Positions 33,274 to 44,014 of a DNA stretch of 64,000 bases are shown piece by piece; position 1 is the first letter of the stretch; the number at the start of each line of letters is the position of its first letter. The stretch comes from an uncultured Pelagibacteraceae bacterium. GTDB taxonomy: Bacteria > Pseudomonadota > Alphaproteobacteria > Pelagibacterales > Pelagibacteraceae. Where the stretch lies: assembly GCA_902602295.1 (NCBI GenBank), contig CACKQM010000003.1:20221-84220 (forward strand). The letters are read 5' to 3'. Both the position numbers and the translations under genes were made by a program. The notes beneath the pieces are model-generated. The model ran no database searches, was not told the DNA's origin, and saw only the letters and a list, made by a program, of their open reading frames with translations.

Positions 33274-34301
33274 TGGATGTAGAAAATGTAAATGTGAAAA
33301 ATTGGAAATCATTAATCAAACCTGCGAAACTTGATGTTAAAATAAGTGATGATTTAACTCACGCTACAATCATCGCTGAACCATTAGAAAAAGGTTATGG
33401 TTTAACACTTGGTAATTCACTTAGAAGAATTTTATTATCCTCAATCAGAGGAGCAGCAGTAACCTCAATTCAAATTGATGGTGTACTTCATGAGTTTACA
33501 TCTATTAAAGGTGTAAGAGAAGATGTTACTGATATTGTATTAAATGTTAAATCTCTGGCATTAAAATGTGCTGCTGAGGGAACAAAAAAACTAGTATTAG
33601 ATGCCAAAGGACCTGGTGAAATAAAAGCATCTGACATCGCATCAGTTCCTGATGTTGAAATTTTGAATCCTGACTTAGTTATTTGTAATTTAGATGAAAA
33701 TACTCACTTCCATATGGAAATGAATGTTAATACTGGAAAAGGTTATGTTCCAGCTGATTTAAATAAACCTGAGGAACCACCTTTAGGTTTAATTGCCATT
33801 GACTCATTATATAGTCCCGTTAAAAAAGTTTCTTATTCAGTAAGTACCGCAAGAGAAGGTAAAGCTTTAGATTACGATAAATTAACGATGGAAGTTGAGA
33901 CAAACGGATCAATTTCTGCTGAAGATGCAGTTGCTTATTCTGCTAGAATTTTTCAAGATCAATTAAAAATGTTTATTAATTTTGATGAACCTGTGGAAGC
34001 TCCGGTTAAAGAAGTTTCAACAGAGCCTGAATTTAATAAAAATTTATTAAGAAAAGTAGACGAGCTTGAATTATCTGTTAGATCAATGAATTGTCTTAAA
34101 AATGATAATATAATTTATATTGGTGATTTAGTTCAAAAATCTGAGGGCGAGATGTTAAGAACCCCAAATTTTGGAAGAAAATCGTTAAATGAAATTAAAG
34201 AAGTTTTAACTGGTATGTCTCTTTATTTAGGGATGGAAATTCCAAATTGGCCACCAGATAATATCGCAGAAATGTCTAAAAAATTAGAGGAAAGTATCTA
34301 A
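33273..34301 (+). CDS. rpoA: RNA polymerase alpha subunit
   Basis: [27 protein letters not shown]. Confidence 0.99.
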   Translation: MDVENVNVKNWKSLIKPAKLDVKISDDLTHATIIAEPLEKGYGLTLGNSLRRILLSSIRGAAVTSIQIDGVLHEFTSIKGVREDVTDIVLNVKSLALKCAAEGTKKLVLDAKGPGEIKASDIASVPDVEILNPDLVICNLDENTHFHMEMNVNTGKGYVPADLNKPEEPPLGLIAIDSLYSPVKKVSYSVSTAREGKALDYDKLTMEVETNGSISAEDAVAYSARIFQDQLKMFINFDEPVEAPVKEVSTEPEFNKNLLRKVDELELSVRSMNCLKNDNIIYIGDLVQKSEGEMLRTPNFGRKSLNEIKEVLTGMSLYLGMEIPNWPPDNIAEMSKKLEESI

Positions 34302-34744
34302 TGAGACATGGAATGGCAAATAAGAAGTTAAACAGAACTTCTGAACACCGAAAAGCGCTGCTTAAAAATATGCTTAATTCCTTAATAAAGTATGAGCAAA
34401 TTAAAACAACTTTACCAAAAGCAAAATTTTTAAAGCCACAGGCTGATAAAATAATCACATTAGGTAAAAAAGATAGTTTGCATAATACTAGAATTTTGAT
34501 TTCTCAATTGCAGGATATTAAGTCAGCAAATAAAGTTAAAAAAACCTTATCTAAAAGATACGAAAAAAGAGCTGGTGGTTATACAAGAATTATTAAAGCA
34601 GGTTTTAGATATGGAGATAATGCGCCTATGGCTATAATTGAATTTGTTGATAGAGACGTTCAAGCCAAAAGAGTTGATAAAAAAAAGAAAGATTCAGCAA
34701 AAGAAGTTGAAAAAAAAGAAGATAAGAAAGCTGCCACAGCATAA
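34301..34744 (+). CDS. rplQ: 50S ribosomal protein L17
   Basis: MRHG, TTLPKAK, GGYTRI. Confidence 0.98.
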   Translation: MRHGMANKKLNRTSEHRKALLKNMLNSLIKYEQIKTTLPKAKFLKPQADKIITLGKKDSLHNTRILISQLQDIKSANKVKKTLSKRYEKRAGGYTRIIKAGFRYGDNAPMAIIEFVDRDVQAKRVDKKKKDSAKEVEKKEDKKAATA

Positions 34745-34763
34745 ATATAAGCCTTAAATATTC

Positions 34764-35675
34764 ATGATTAGAAGTTTTATCGTTGAGTCAACGTGTAATA
34801 ACATGCGTATTGATAGATGGTTAAGAAATAAATTAGGAAAAGTACCGCAAAGTCTTATTGAAAAAAGTTTAAGGTTAGGAAAAATTAAAATAAATAAAAA
34901 AAAAATAAAAAGCTCTTTTAAGATTAAAACAAATGATAAAATAGAACTCTTCAATATTGATTTTAAAGAAAAAATTAAACACGAGAAAAAACAATTCAAT
35001 CCATCCATTGAGGTAATAAAATCTAACGAAGATCTGATTATAGATAACAATGAAGATTTTATAGTTTTAAATAAAAATGCAGGAATATCGGTTCAAGGTG
35101 GAACAAAGTCAAAAAAAAATCTAGTAGATATATTTGCAAAAAGTGAAATATTTCAAGGAACAAAACCATTCTCTGTTCATAGATTAGACAAAGATACCTC
35201 AGGTGTTTTTATTATTGCGAAAAATAGACAAACAGCTCAACTATTGACCTCTCTATTTAGATTAAGAAAAGTGCACAAAACTTATTTGGCAATATGTAAC
35301 GGAGAAATTGAAAAAGACTCAGGTGAATGGAATGATAATTTAATAAGGTACGATAATGGAAAAAAAATTATTGAAAAAGCTAAAACAATTTTTAAAGTGA
35401 TAGATAAAAATACCAATGCTAGTTTAGTAGAAATGAAACCAATCACAGGAAGAAAACATCAATTACGAAAACAATTATTTAACATTGGACATTCAATTTT
35501 TGGTGATAAAAAATATAATTCGTCTGTTTCATCGAAAGGTATAAATAAAGATTTAATGCTTCATTCCTATCAAATAAAATTTATGATTAATGAAAAAAAA
35601 TATACTTACAAAGCATTATTACCAGATTATTTCAATAAGTTGTTGAGGACTAAAAGATTAAATTTTTCAAATTAG
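34764..35675 (+). CDS. RluA-family pseudouridine synthase with S4 domain (RluC-like)
   Basis: RIDRWL S4 domain, [22 protein letters not shown]. Confidence 0.9.
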   Translation: MIRSFIVESTCNNMRIDRWLRNKLGKVPQSLIEKSLRLGKIKINKKKIKSSFKIKTNDKIELFNIDFKEKIKHEKKQFNPSIEVIKSNEDLIIDNNEDFIVLNKNAGISVQGGTKSKKNLVDIFAKSEIFQGTKPFSVHRLDKDTSGVFIIAKNRQTAQLLTSLFRLRKVHKTYLAICNGEIEKDSGEWNDNLIRYDNGKKIIEKAKTIFKVIDKNTNASLVEMKPITGRKHQLRKQLFNIGHSIFGDKKYNSSVSSKGINKDLMLHSYQIKFMINEKKYTYKALLPDYFNKLLRTKRLNFSN

Positions 35676-36279
35676 TTTTAAATATTTCTATTAATTTATT
35701 TTCTAAATCATCATAATTTTGATTTTTAATTTGTTTGAGATTAGTAATACCTTTGTCTTTAATCCCACAAGGAATAATCGCGTCATATTTTTTTAAATCG
35801 TTATTAATATTGATAGAAAAACCATGATAAGCTATCCATTTACTTACCCTGACCCCAATTGCAGCAACTTTTTTTATGGTTGAATTATCATTGTACCAAA
35901 TACCAATATTTTCTTTATCAGCAAATGTTTCTATGTCATAGAGGCTCAGGGTTTCAATAATTGATTTTTCAATTACAGATATGAATTTTCTGATATCTTT
36001 CTTACCTTTCTTTAAATCAATTACAAAATAACAAATGAGTTGTCCTGGTCCATGATAAGTTATTTTACCACCTCTATTAGTTTTTATAATATTTATAGAT
36101 TTATCTATTATCTCATTTTCTTTATAGCTTGTTCCCGATGTATAGATATGATCATGTTCTAAAACCCAAATCAAATCATCTACTTTTTTTAGATTAATAT
36201 CTTTAAGTCGATCTTCCATAAATGATATTGCGTCTTCATATTTTACTGGATTTTGGGACTTTTTAATTTCTATGGGCAT
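35650..36279 (-). CDS. lipB: Octanoyltransferase LipB
   Basis: [36 protein letters not shown]. Confidence 0.96.
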   Translation of the reverse strand: MPIEIKKSQNPVKYEDAISFMEDRLKDINLKKVDDLIWVLEHDHIYTSGTSYKENEIIDKSINIIKTNRGGKITYHGPGQLICYFVIDLKKGKKDIRKFISVIEKSIIETLSLYDIETFADKENIGIWYNDNSTIKKVAAIGVRVSKWIAYHGFSININNDLKKYDAIIPCGIKDKGITNLKQIKNQNYDDLENKLIEIFKTNLKNLIF

Positions 36280-36339
36280 TTAAAAATTGTATTCTTTTCA
36301 TTTTGTATTAAAAGATCCGTCTAAATAATAGGTGTATTT

Positions 36340-37713
36340 ATGACTTTAATAAAAAAAATTAAAGATAAAAAAGTCAATTTTGAATTCAATAAGGAATATA
36401 TAAAAGTTGTAACAGACAAAATTACCTCAAATGATGCATCTTTTATAACTAGATCTTTTGAGGAAATGCATCCCGCTGATGCTGCTGATATTATTGAGCA
36501 TTTAAGTGAAAATGACAGAGAAAGTTTAATAAAATTAAATAATTTTAAGATTGATCCAGAAGTATTTGTTGAATTAAATGAGTCTGTTCAATCAGAAATC
36601 ATTAAATATCTTTCCTCAGATGCAATTGTTAGGATTTTAAAAAATTTAGAGTCTGATGACGCCATAGCTATTTTAGAAAATGTTGAAGAAAAAGATAAAA
36701 ATTCAATATTAAGTTTATTACCCCCAAAAGATCGATTTGCTTTATTAGAAGGTCTTAGTTATCCAGAGGATAGTGCTGCTAGGATAATGCAAAGAGAATT
36801 TACAGCAATCCCAAGTAACTGGTCGGTAGGACAAACTATTGATTATTTAAGAGAGAATAAAGACTTACCAGAAGAGTTTTTAGAAATTTACATTGTTGAT
36901 GAAAATTTTAAACCTATTGGTGCTGTACCATCCTCTAAAGTATTAAGAACACCTAGAGAAACAAAAATGTCCTCAATTATGGATGATTCAATTTTTTTAG
37001 TTCCAGTGGATATGGATAGAGAAGAAGTTGGTAATTCATTTGAAAATTACAATTTAAACTCAGCTTGTGTTGTAGATAAGAATAATAAACTTGTAGGAAT
37101 GATAACTTCCGATGATGTATTAACAGTTTTAAAGGAAGAGGCTGAGGAAGATGCTTTAAGATTAGCTGGTGTTGGTGACGAAGAAATTACAGATGGTGTT
37201 ATCACAAAAACTAAAAGACGATTTAACTGGTTACTATTAAACTTATTCACAGCATTTCTAGCTACTTATTGTATAAGTTTGTTTGGTGCAACAATTGAAC
37301 AAATGGTTGTCTTGGCATTTTTAATGCCAATAGTTGCATCGATGGGTGGTAATGCAGGTATGCAAACTTTAGCAGTTACTGTTAGAACTTTAGCAACAAA
37401 TGATTTAACAAAAAATAACTTTAATCAAAACATTATAAAGGAATTTAATATTGGTATTCTCAATGGAATAATTTTTGCTGTTATAAGTTCTTTTATCGTT
37501 CAAGTCTGGTTTCAAGATTACCAATTATCATTAATAATATCGATCTCAATGATTTTGACAATGGTAGTGGCAGGTTTATTTGGAATACTTGTTCCAGTCA
37601 CGTTAAAAAAAATGAAAATTGATCCAGCAATTGCCTCTAGTGTTTTCGTAACAACAATAACTGATGTAATAGGTTTTGTTTCTTTTTTAGGTGTTGGGGC
37701 TTATTTTTTATAG
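36340..37713 (+). CDS. mgtE: Magnesium transporter MgtE
   Basis: HPADAAD, CBS pair, MGGNAGMQT, DPAIASSVFVTTITD. Confidence 0.96.
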   Translation: MTLIKKIKDKKVNFEFNKEYIKVVTDKITSNDASFITRSFEEMHPADAADIIEHLSENDRESLIKLNNFKIDPEVFVELNESVQSEIIKYLSSDAIVRILKNLESDDAIAILENVEEKDKNSILSLLPPKDRFALLEGLSYPEDSAARIMQREFTAIPSNWSVGQTIDYLRENKDLPEEFLEIYIVDENFKPIGAVPSSKVLRTPRETKMSSIMDDSIFLVPVDMDREEVGNSFENYNLNSACVVDKNNKLVGMITSDDVLTVLKEEAEEDALRLAGVGDEEITDGVITKTKRRFNWLLLNLFTAFLATYCISLFGATIEQMVVLAFLMPIVASMGGNAGMQTLAVTVRTLATNDLTKNNFNQNIIKEFNIGILNGIIFAVISSFIVQVWFQDYQLSLIISISMILTMVVAGLFGILVPVTLKKMKIDPAIASSVFVTTITDVIGFVSFLGVGAYFL

Positions 37714-37717
37714 AATT

Positions 37718-38527
37718 TTAAAAATTATCAATCAACCTTATATTATTAATATAAAAAGATACGAAAATTTTTGAATTTTTTAATTTATTTGAAATTTTAA
37801 GATTTTTAATATTTCTTAATTCGAGATATTCAATCTTAACATTTTGTAATTTATTTATTTCATTTCCAGTTTTATTGAGTACTTTTTTAATATTTGATTC
37901 CTTATTTAACTTTCTTTTAAGTTTCATAATATTGGTAATTAATTTTGCAGCCAAATTTTTTTCACGTTTTTGTAATAATGAATTTCTGGAAGATAATGCT
38001 AATTTATTTTTTTCTCTAATTGTTCTACATTCTATTATTTTCGAAGAGTGTTTTCTTAAATATTTTTTTAAAAAATATAATTGTTGAAAATCTTTCTCCC
38101 CCATAAAAATTTTTTGAGGTTTGATGTATTCAATAAGGCGTTCCATTACATCAATTACACCCTCGAAATGTCCTTTTCTGTACTTAGCACATAATATCTT
38201 GTCTTTTTTTGAAATTGTAATCTTAGAGGATCTCTTTACTTTATAAATTTCTTTAACACTTGGTAAATATACATAATTAACTTTAAGTCTTTTCAAAATC
38301 GATAAGTCCTTCTTTCTATTTCTTGGATATTTCTTAAAATCATTTTTATTATTAAATTGTTTTGGATTCACAAATATACTTACAATAGTTTTATTACATT
38401 TTTTTTTGGATTTTTTAATTAACGATATATGGCCTTTATGAAGACTTCCCATGGTAGGTACAAAACCTAGATTAGACACATTTTCTAATGCCTCATTTAA
38501 ATCACTATTATTCAATAAAATTTTCAT
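37718..38527 (-). CDS. panC: Pantoate-beta-alanine ligase
   Basis: FVPTMGSLHKGH, SIFVNPKQF, GEKDFQQ, LALSSRN, RLIDN; start set at MKILLN (38527). Confidence 0.93.
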   Translation of the reverse strand: MKILLNNSDLNEALENVSNLGFVPTMGSLHKGHISLIKKSKKKCNKTIVSIFVNPKQFNNKNDFKKYPRNRKKDLSILKRLKVNYVYLPSVKEIYKVKRSSKITISKKDKILCAKYRKGHFEGVIDVMERLIEYIKPQKIFMGEKDFQQLYFLKKYLRKHSSKIIECRTIREKNKLALSSRNSLLQKREKNLAAKLITNIMKLKRKLNKESNIKKVLNKTGNEINKLQNVKIEYLELRNIKNLKISNKLKNSKIFVSFYINNIRLIDNF

Positions 38528-38561
38528 TTGTATAAAACTTTTTAATAAGTAAAACATTTGA

Positions 38562-39377
38562 ATGATTAAACAAGCAATTATTCCTTTAGCTGGTTTGGGT
38601 ACACGTTTACTTCCATTAACCAGTGTATTTCCAAAAGAACTTTTACCTATTAATGGTAAACCAGGAATTGAATACATTCTAGATGAATGCATTGATGCAG
38701 GTATTAAAGAGGTTATTTTTATAATTTCAAATAAGAAGAAAATGATAAAGACTTATTTTTATAATGATAATTTTTATAAAAAAATTATTAAAAAAAAGAA
38801 AGATAAAAGAATTAAGGAAGAATATAAAAAAATTTTAAAATATAAAAAAATGATAAAATTTGTTTATCAAAACAAACCACTTGGCACTGGAGATGCCGTT
38901 TTAAAAACAAAAAAATTTATAAAACATAATTTTTTTTTAATGTTGTTACCAGATGATCTTATTATTAAAAGAAATTGTTCTAAATCAATGATAAAGATTC
39001 ATAAAAAATACAACGCTTCTGTTATGGCTAGTATGAATGTTAAAAAAAATAATGTTTCGAGATGGGGAATTTATAAGTTAAAAACTAAAATAAATAAGAA
39101 TAATTATTTGATCTCAAATGTTATTGAAAAACCTTCTGTAAAAAAAGCACCATCTAATAAAGCAGTGATTGGAAGATATATTTTACCTAGAGAAATTTTT
39201 TCAAAATTACTTAAACAAAAACCAGGTAAAGGAGGAGAAATACATATTACAGATGCTATCCAAACATTAATTCAAAATGATAAAAAATTCATTGCTCATA
39301 ATTTTTCTGGAAAATATCTTGATTGTGGAAGCATGAGTGGTTACATCAAATCAACTTTAGAGATAGCTAAATCATGA
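38562..39377 (+). CDS. galU: UTP-glucose-1-phosphate uridylyltransferase
   Basis: AGLGTR, PKELLP, Q..PLGTGDAV, LPDD, EKP, GRY, GEIHITDA. Confidence 0.88.
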   Translation: MIKQAIIPLAGLGTRLLPLTSVFPKELLPINGKPGIEYILDECIDAGIKEVIFIISNKKKMIKTYFYNDNFYKKIIKKKKDKRIKEEYKKILKYKKMIKFVYQNKPLGTGDAVLKTKKFIKHNFFLMLLPDDLIIKRNCSKSMIKIHKKYNASVMASMNVKKNNVSRWGIYKLKTKINKNNYLISNVIEKPSVKKAPSNKAVIGRYILPREIFSKLLKQKPGKGGEIHITDAIQTLIQNDKKFIAHNFSGKYLDCGSMSGYIKSTLEIAKS

Positions 39378-40672
39378 AATTGTGTATGATTGGTACTGGT
39401 TATGTAGGTTTAGTAAGCGGAGCATGTTTTGCTGATTTAGGAAATGATGTAATTTGTGTAGATAATAATGTTGACAAAATAAATTTACTAAAAAAAGGTA
39501 AGATTCCAATTTATGAACCTGGTTTATCAGAATTAGTAATAAAGAATTTTAAGAATAAAAAATTAAATTTTTCTACAGATTTAAAAAAATCAATTAAAGA
39601 CTCAGACATAATTTTTATTTGTGTTGGTACACCAACAAAAAAAGGCGGCTGTTCAGCAGATTTAAGTCAAATTTACAAAGTTTCTAAAGAAATAAGTTCT
39701 TCAATTAATAAATTTAAAATTATCATAACAAAATCAACAGTTCCCGTGACGACAGGAGATGAAATTGAAAAAATATTATCTAAAAGAAATAGCAAAAAGA
39801 AATTTTCTGTTGTTTCAAATCCTGAATTCCTAAGAGAAGGAGAAGCAATAAGAGATTTTGTTTATCCTGATCGCGTCGTCATCGGAACTAATGATAAAAA
39901 AGCAGGTAGAATTTTAAAAAATCTTTATAGCCCACTTATTTCTAAGGGTGCTTCTTATTTACAAACTTCTAGAAGAGCTGCAGAATTGATTAAATATGCC
40001 TCTAATGCTTTTTTGGCAACAAAGATTACTTTTATTAATGAAATAGCTAATTTATGTGAAAAAACCAACATTAATGTTGAGGATATATCAATAGGTATGG
40101 GATTGGATAAAAGAATAGGCAGTCGATTTCTTAGAGCAGGACCTGCTTATGGTGGATCTTGTTTTCCTAAAGATACAAAAGCCATTATTACAACAGCAGA
40201 TAAATTTAAAACAAATTTATCAGTGGTTAAATCAGTGATTAAATCAAATGAAAATAGATCTAAAATTTTACTAGATAGAATTAATAGAATCTTAAATAAG
40301 AAAATTAAAAATAAAATAATTACTTTTTTAGGTGTTACATTTAAAGCTAATACAGATGATATGAGAGATTCCTCAAGTTTAAAAATGATACCATGGTTAT
40401 CAAAAAAAGGAGCAACTATAAAATATTTTGATCCAACTGGTTATAAAACTGAATTTATGAAGTTTAAAAATGTAATTAATAAGACTTCAATAAAAGATGC
40501 TGTTCATGGGGCTGATCTTGTAATTATTCATACTGAATGGAATGATTTTAAATCAATTAATTTTAAAAGTTTAGTTAAAGGTAAGAAGTTCATGATTTTT
40601 GATATGAGAAATATATATTCTTCATCAAAGATTAAAGACCAAGGATTTAAATATTACAGCGTTGGAAAGTAA
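39374..40672 (+). CDS. ugd: UDP-glucose 6-dehydrogenase
   Basis: GTGYVG, KSTVP, NPEFLREG, GGSCFPKD, FKANTDDMR. Confidence 0.94.
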   Translation: MKLCMIGTGYVGLVSGACFADLGNDVICVDNNVDKINLLKKGKIPIYEPGLSELVIKNFKNKKLNFSTDLKKSIKDSDIIFICVGTPTKKGGCSADLSQIYKVSKEISSSINKFKIIITKSTVPVTTGDEIEKILSKRNSKKKFSVVSNPEFLREGEAIRDFVYPDRVVIGTNDKKAGRILKNLYSPLISKGASYLQTSRRAAELIKYASNAFLATKITFINEIANLCEKTNINVEDISIGMGLDKRIGSRFLRAGPAYGGSCFPKDTKAIITTADKFKTNLSVVKSVIKSNENRSKILLDRINRILNKKIKNKIITFLGVTFKANTDDMRDSSSLKMIPWLSKKGATIKYFDPTGYKTEFMKFKNVINKTSIKDAVHGADLVIIHTEWNDFKSINFKSLVKGKKFMIFDMRNIYSSSKIKDQGFKYYSVGK

Positions 40673-40676
40673 TAAT

Positions 40677-41138
40677 CTAATTTAACTCAAATATTGCATC
40701 TACTTCAACCGAAACACCTAATGGTAAACTATTTGTGCTTACAGCAGCTCTAGTATGCATACCTGCGTCTCCAAAAATTGAAGCTATCAAATCAGATGCG
40801 CCATTTATTACTTTAGGTTGATCAATAAAGTCATCTGTTGAATTTACAAATCCTGTTAATTTCAAACATGATTTTATTTTTGATAAATCATTGTCGCAGG
40901 CTTTTTTAACTTGGGCAATAATACTTAAAGCGCATCTCTTAGCAGCATTGTAACCAGCCGTGACATCCAATTCTTTACCAACTTTTCCTTTAATTAATTC
41001 ACCATTGTCATCAATAGAAATTTGTCCTGATATGAATAACATTTTTCCTGTAATTTTTGTTGCAACATAATTACCAACTGGTGCTTTCGCTTCAGGAAGC
41101 TGTATATTAAGTTCTTTAATTTTATCTTCAAAGTTCAT
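40677..41138 (-). CDS. RidA/YjgF/UK114-family protein
   Basis: GNYV, ISGQ, INGASDL, HTRAAV, LPLGVSVEVD. Confidence 0.88.
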   Translation of the reverse strand: MNFEDKIKELNIQLPEAKAPVGNYVATKITGKMLFISGQISIDDNGELIKGKVGKELDVTAGYNAAKRCALSIIAQVKKACDNDLSKIKSCLKLTGFVNSTDDFIDQPKVINGASDLIASIFGDAGMHTRAAVSTNSLPLGVSVEVDAIFELN

Positions 41139-41144
41139 AATCAA

Positions 41145-41396
41145 TTAATTTTTTTTGATTTTAGTTTTAACTTTATTAAATATTTTCTTTGTACCTTCTT
41201 TAATTTGATTTGTTTTTTTTATAGATCCTTCCTTAACTTGATTTTTCTTTTTGACAGCACCTTCTTTAATATTTTTGGCTGTACACGCTAAATACTCTTT
41301 CGAAAGTTTTTTCATCCCAGAACATTTATGTTCATCAGCAATTAGTATATTTGTGGAAAATAAATAAAATATTGAAATTATAAATATTTTTTTCAT
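41145..41396 (-). CDS. Small secreted hypothetical protein with 11-residue repeats
   Basis: Signal peptide, Cys pair, (N/Q)(I/V)KEG repeats; ATGA overlap with the topA stop. Confidence 0.7.
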   Translation of the reverse strand: MKKIFIISIFYLFSTNILIADEHKCSGMKKLSKEYLACTAKNIKEGAVKKKNQVKEGSIKKTNQIKEGTKKIFNKVKTKIKKN

Positions 41397-43978
41397 TTTT
41401 TTTTCTTACCTTTTGATTTTTTACTCTTATCGTATTCTTTTCTTTTCTCAATCAATATTAAAGCTTCTTCCATCGTTAATTCAGTGGGGTCTTTTTCCTC
41501 AGGAATAGTTGCATTGAGTGATTTATATTTTATATAAGGCCCATACTGACCCTTCATGACTCTAACAGGTTTTTTATCCTCAGGATGTTCTCCCAAATCT
41601 TTTATCATAGAAGAGGACATTCGACCAGGTTTAGCCTCAGCTATTAGTGTTATTGCTCTATTTAAACCTATGGAAAATATTTCCTCTACATTTTCTATTC
41701 TTGCTGATTTATTTTCACATTTTAAGTAAGGACCAAATCTTCCAACGTTTAAAGTAATGTCTTTTTGATTATCTGGATTTATTCCCAAAGATTTAGGTAG
41801 CGAACATAAAAATTGAGCTTTTTCCAAATTAATACTCTCTAATTCTAATCCTTTTGGTATTGAAACATTTTTTAAAAGTTCATTTACATCTGACTTTAAT
41901 TTTTTAGTTTTTTTCTTTTTCTTACTATTTTTTTCAACTTCTAAATCAGAGGGGATTTTCTCGTATTGAAGGTAGGGGCCGAATCTTCCATTTTTCAAAT
42001 ATATATCATTTCCATTTTCATGTTTTCCTATAAATTTTGGTTCAGCTAATTGTGCTTGAGCAGCAGCTTTTGCTTTAGATAAGGGTCTTGTAAATTTACA
42101 TTCTGGATAATTTGAACACCCTATAAAAGCGCCACCTCTGAAACTATTCTTTAAACTAAGTGTTCCAGAACTACATAATTGACATTTTCTTACTACATTA
42201 CCCTCATTATCCTTATCAAAAATTAATTCACCTAGACTATCATTGAGTAAATCCAACACCTCTCTAGTTCTTTTTTCTTTTACTTCCGAAACATTATTAT
42301 TGAAGTCTTTCCAAAAAAGTTCCAAAACTTTAATCCAACTTTCTTTGCCAGTAGTGATCTCATCAAGTTGATCTTCTAATCCTGCTGTAAAATTGTAATC
42401 TACATATTTTGAGAATAATTTTTCTAAAAAGGCTGAAATTAATTTACCTCTATCTGTAGGAAAAAATCTTTTATTCAATATTTCTGCATAACCTCGATTA
42501 GCAATAGTAGAAATAATACTTGCATACGTAGAAGGCCTCCCGATACCAAGCTCTTCAAGCTTTTTAACTAAACTAGCTTCAGAATATCTTGGTGGTGGTT
42601 GTGTATAATGCTGTTCATCTATTAGCGCCTCAATATTAATAGGTCCTTTAGACACAGCAGGTAAAATATTTTCATCATCATCTTTGCTTTGATTATTATA
42701 AATCTTTAAGAAACCATCAAATTTTAAAACTGATCCACTGGCTTTACAAATTGTATCATTATTATCTGACGTTATTGTGATAGTATTTCTATCAAATTTG
42801 GCTGACTCCATCTGAGAAGATAAAGCTCTACTCCAGATAAGATCATAAAGTTTATTTTGATCTGTACTTAGATATTTTTTAACACTTTCAGGAGTTCTTA
42901 TAATATCAGTAGGTCTGATTGCTTCGTGAGCTTCTTGCGCATTTTTAGCTTTTTTGCCTGAATAATTCAAAACATCTTTAGGCAAGTATTCATTACCAAT
43001 TTCTTTTTGGATATAATTTCTGAAACTTGTAACAGCATCTTTAGATAAATTAGTTCCATCAGTTCTCATATAAGTAATTAAGCCAATTGTTTCACCTTCC
43101 ATTTCTATACCTTGATAAAGTTTTTGGGCAATTTGCATTGTTCTAGATGCACCAAAACCTAGTCGACTTGATGCGGTTTGTTGAAGAGTTGAAGTTGTAA
43201 ATGGTCCAGAGGGATTACGATTTACTATTTTGCTAGAAATGTCAGTTATACTAAATTTTTTTTTATTAATACTTGATATGGCTTTATTTATCTCTTCTTT
43301 ATTTCTAAATGAAAATTTTTCAATTTTATTGTTGTCAAGTTGACTAATACTAGCAGTGAAATTTTGATTTGCAGTATCAGCAAATTTAATACTTAAAGTC
43401 CAAAATTCCTCAGGTTTAAAAGACTCAATTGCATGTTCTCTCTCAGTAATTAATTTTAAAGCAACAGATTGAACTCTTCCTGCAGATTTTGAACCTGGGA
43501 GTTTCGTCCAGAGGATCGGGGATATATTAAAACCAACCAAGTAGTCCAAGGCTCTTCTAGCCATATACGCATCGACTAGTAATGGCTCAATTTGCCTAGG
43601 ATTTTCAATTCCTTGAATAACAGCTTTTTTGGTTATTTCATTAAATACAACTCGTTCAATTTCTTTATCTTTTAAAAGTTTTTTTTCATTCAAATATTCT
43701 TTGACATGCCAAGCAATTGCCTCACCTTCACGATCAGGGTCAGTTGCTAATATAATTTTAGATGAGTCTTTAGCCGCATCAGTTATTTCTTTTAAATATT
43801 TTTTTGAAAAACTATCAACTTCCCATTCCATTTTAAAATCTTGATCTGGATTGACAGAACCATTTTTTGACGGCAAATCTCTTATATGACCATAACTTGC
43901 TAAAACTTTATAATTATCACCTAGGTATTTATTTATAGTTTTTGCTTTAGCAGGACTTTCTACAATGACCAAATTCAT
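41393..43978 (-). CDS. topA: DNA topoisomerase I
   Basis: IVESPAKAK, ATDPDREGE, SAGRVQS, ITYMRTD, zinc ribbon, GRFGPY C-terminal repeats. Confidence 0.98.
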   Translation of the reverse strand: MNLVIVESPAKAKTINKYLGDNYKVLASYGHIRDLPSKNGSVNPDQDFKMEWEVDSFSKKYLKEITDAAKDSSKIILATDPDREGEAIAWHVKEYLNEKKLLKDKEIERVVFNEITKKAVIQGIENPRQIEPLLVDAYMARRALDYLVGFNISPILWTKLPGSKSAGRVQSVALKLITEREHAIESFKPEEFWTLSIKFADTANQNFTASISQLDNNKIEKFSFRNKEEINKAISSINKKKFSITDISSKIVNRNPSGPFTTSTLQQTASSRLGFGASRTMQIAQKLYQGIEMEGETIGLITYMRTDGTNLSKDAVTSFRNYIQKEIGNEYLPKDVLNYSGKKAKNAQEAHEAIRPTDIIRTPESVKKYLSTDQNKLYDLIWSRALSSQMESAKFDRNTITITSDNNDTICKASGSVLKFDGFLKIYNNQSKDDDENILPAVSKGPINIEALIDEQHYTQPPPRYSEASLVKKLEELGIGRPSTYASIISTIANRGYAEILNKRFFPTDRGKLISAFLEKLFSKYVDYNFTAGLEDQLDEITTGKESWIKVLELFWKDFNNNVSEVKEKRTREVLDLLNDSLGELIFDKDNEGNVVRKCQLCSSGTLSLKNSFRGGAFIGCSNYPECKFTRPLSKAKAAAQAQLAEPKFIGKHENGNDIYLKNGRFGPYLQYEKIPSDLEVEKNSKKKKKTKKLKSDVNELLKNVSIPKGLELESINLEKAQFLCSLPKSLGINPDNQKDITLNVGRFGPYLKCENKSARIENVEEIFSIGLNRAITLIAEAKPGRMSSSMIKDLGEHPEDKKPVRVMKGQYGPYIKYKSLNATIPEEKDPTELTMEEALILIEKRKEYDKSKKSKGKKKK

Positions 43979-43985
43979 AAACTAC

Positions 43986-44013
43986 AAACTACTCAAAAGC
44001 TTTAGATAGTCAA
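43986..44013 (-). promoter_or_regulatory. Putative leaderless promoter for topA
   Basis: Minus strand TTGACT-N16-TAGTTT-N7-ATG. Confidence 0.5.
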
Positions 44014-44014
44014 T

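Noticed and set aside
38528-38692. N-terminal extension of the 324-aa panC ORF
   Set aside because: It is antisense to galU; PanC homology starts at MKILLN (38527)
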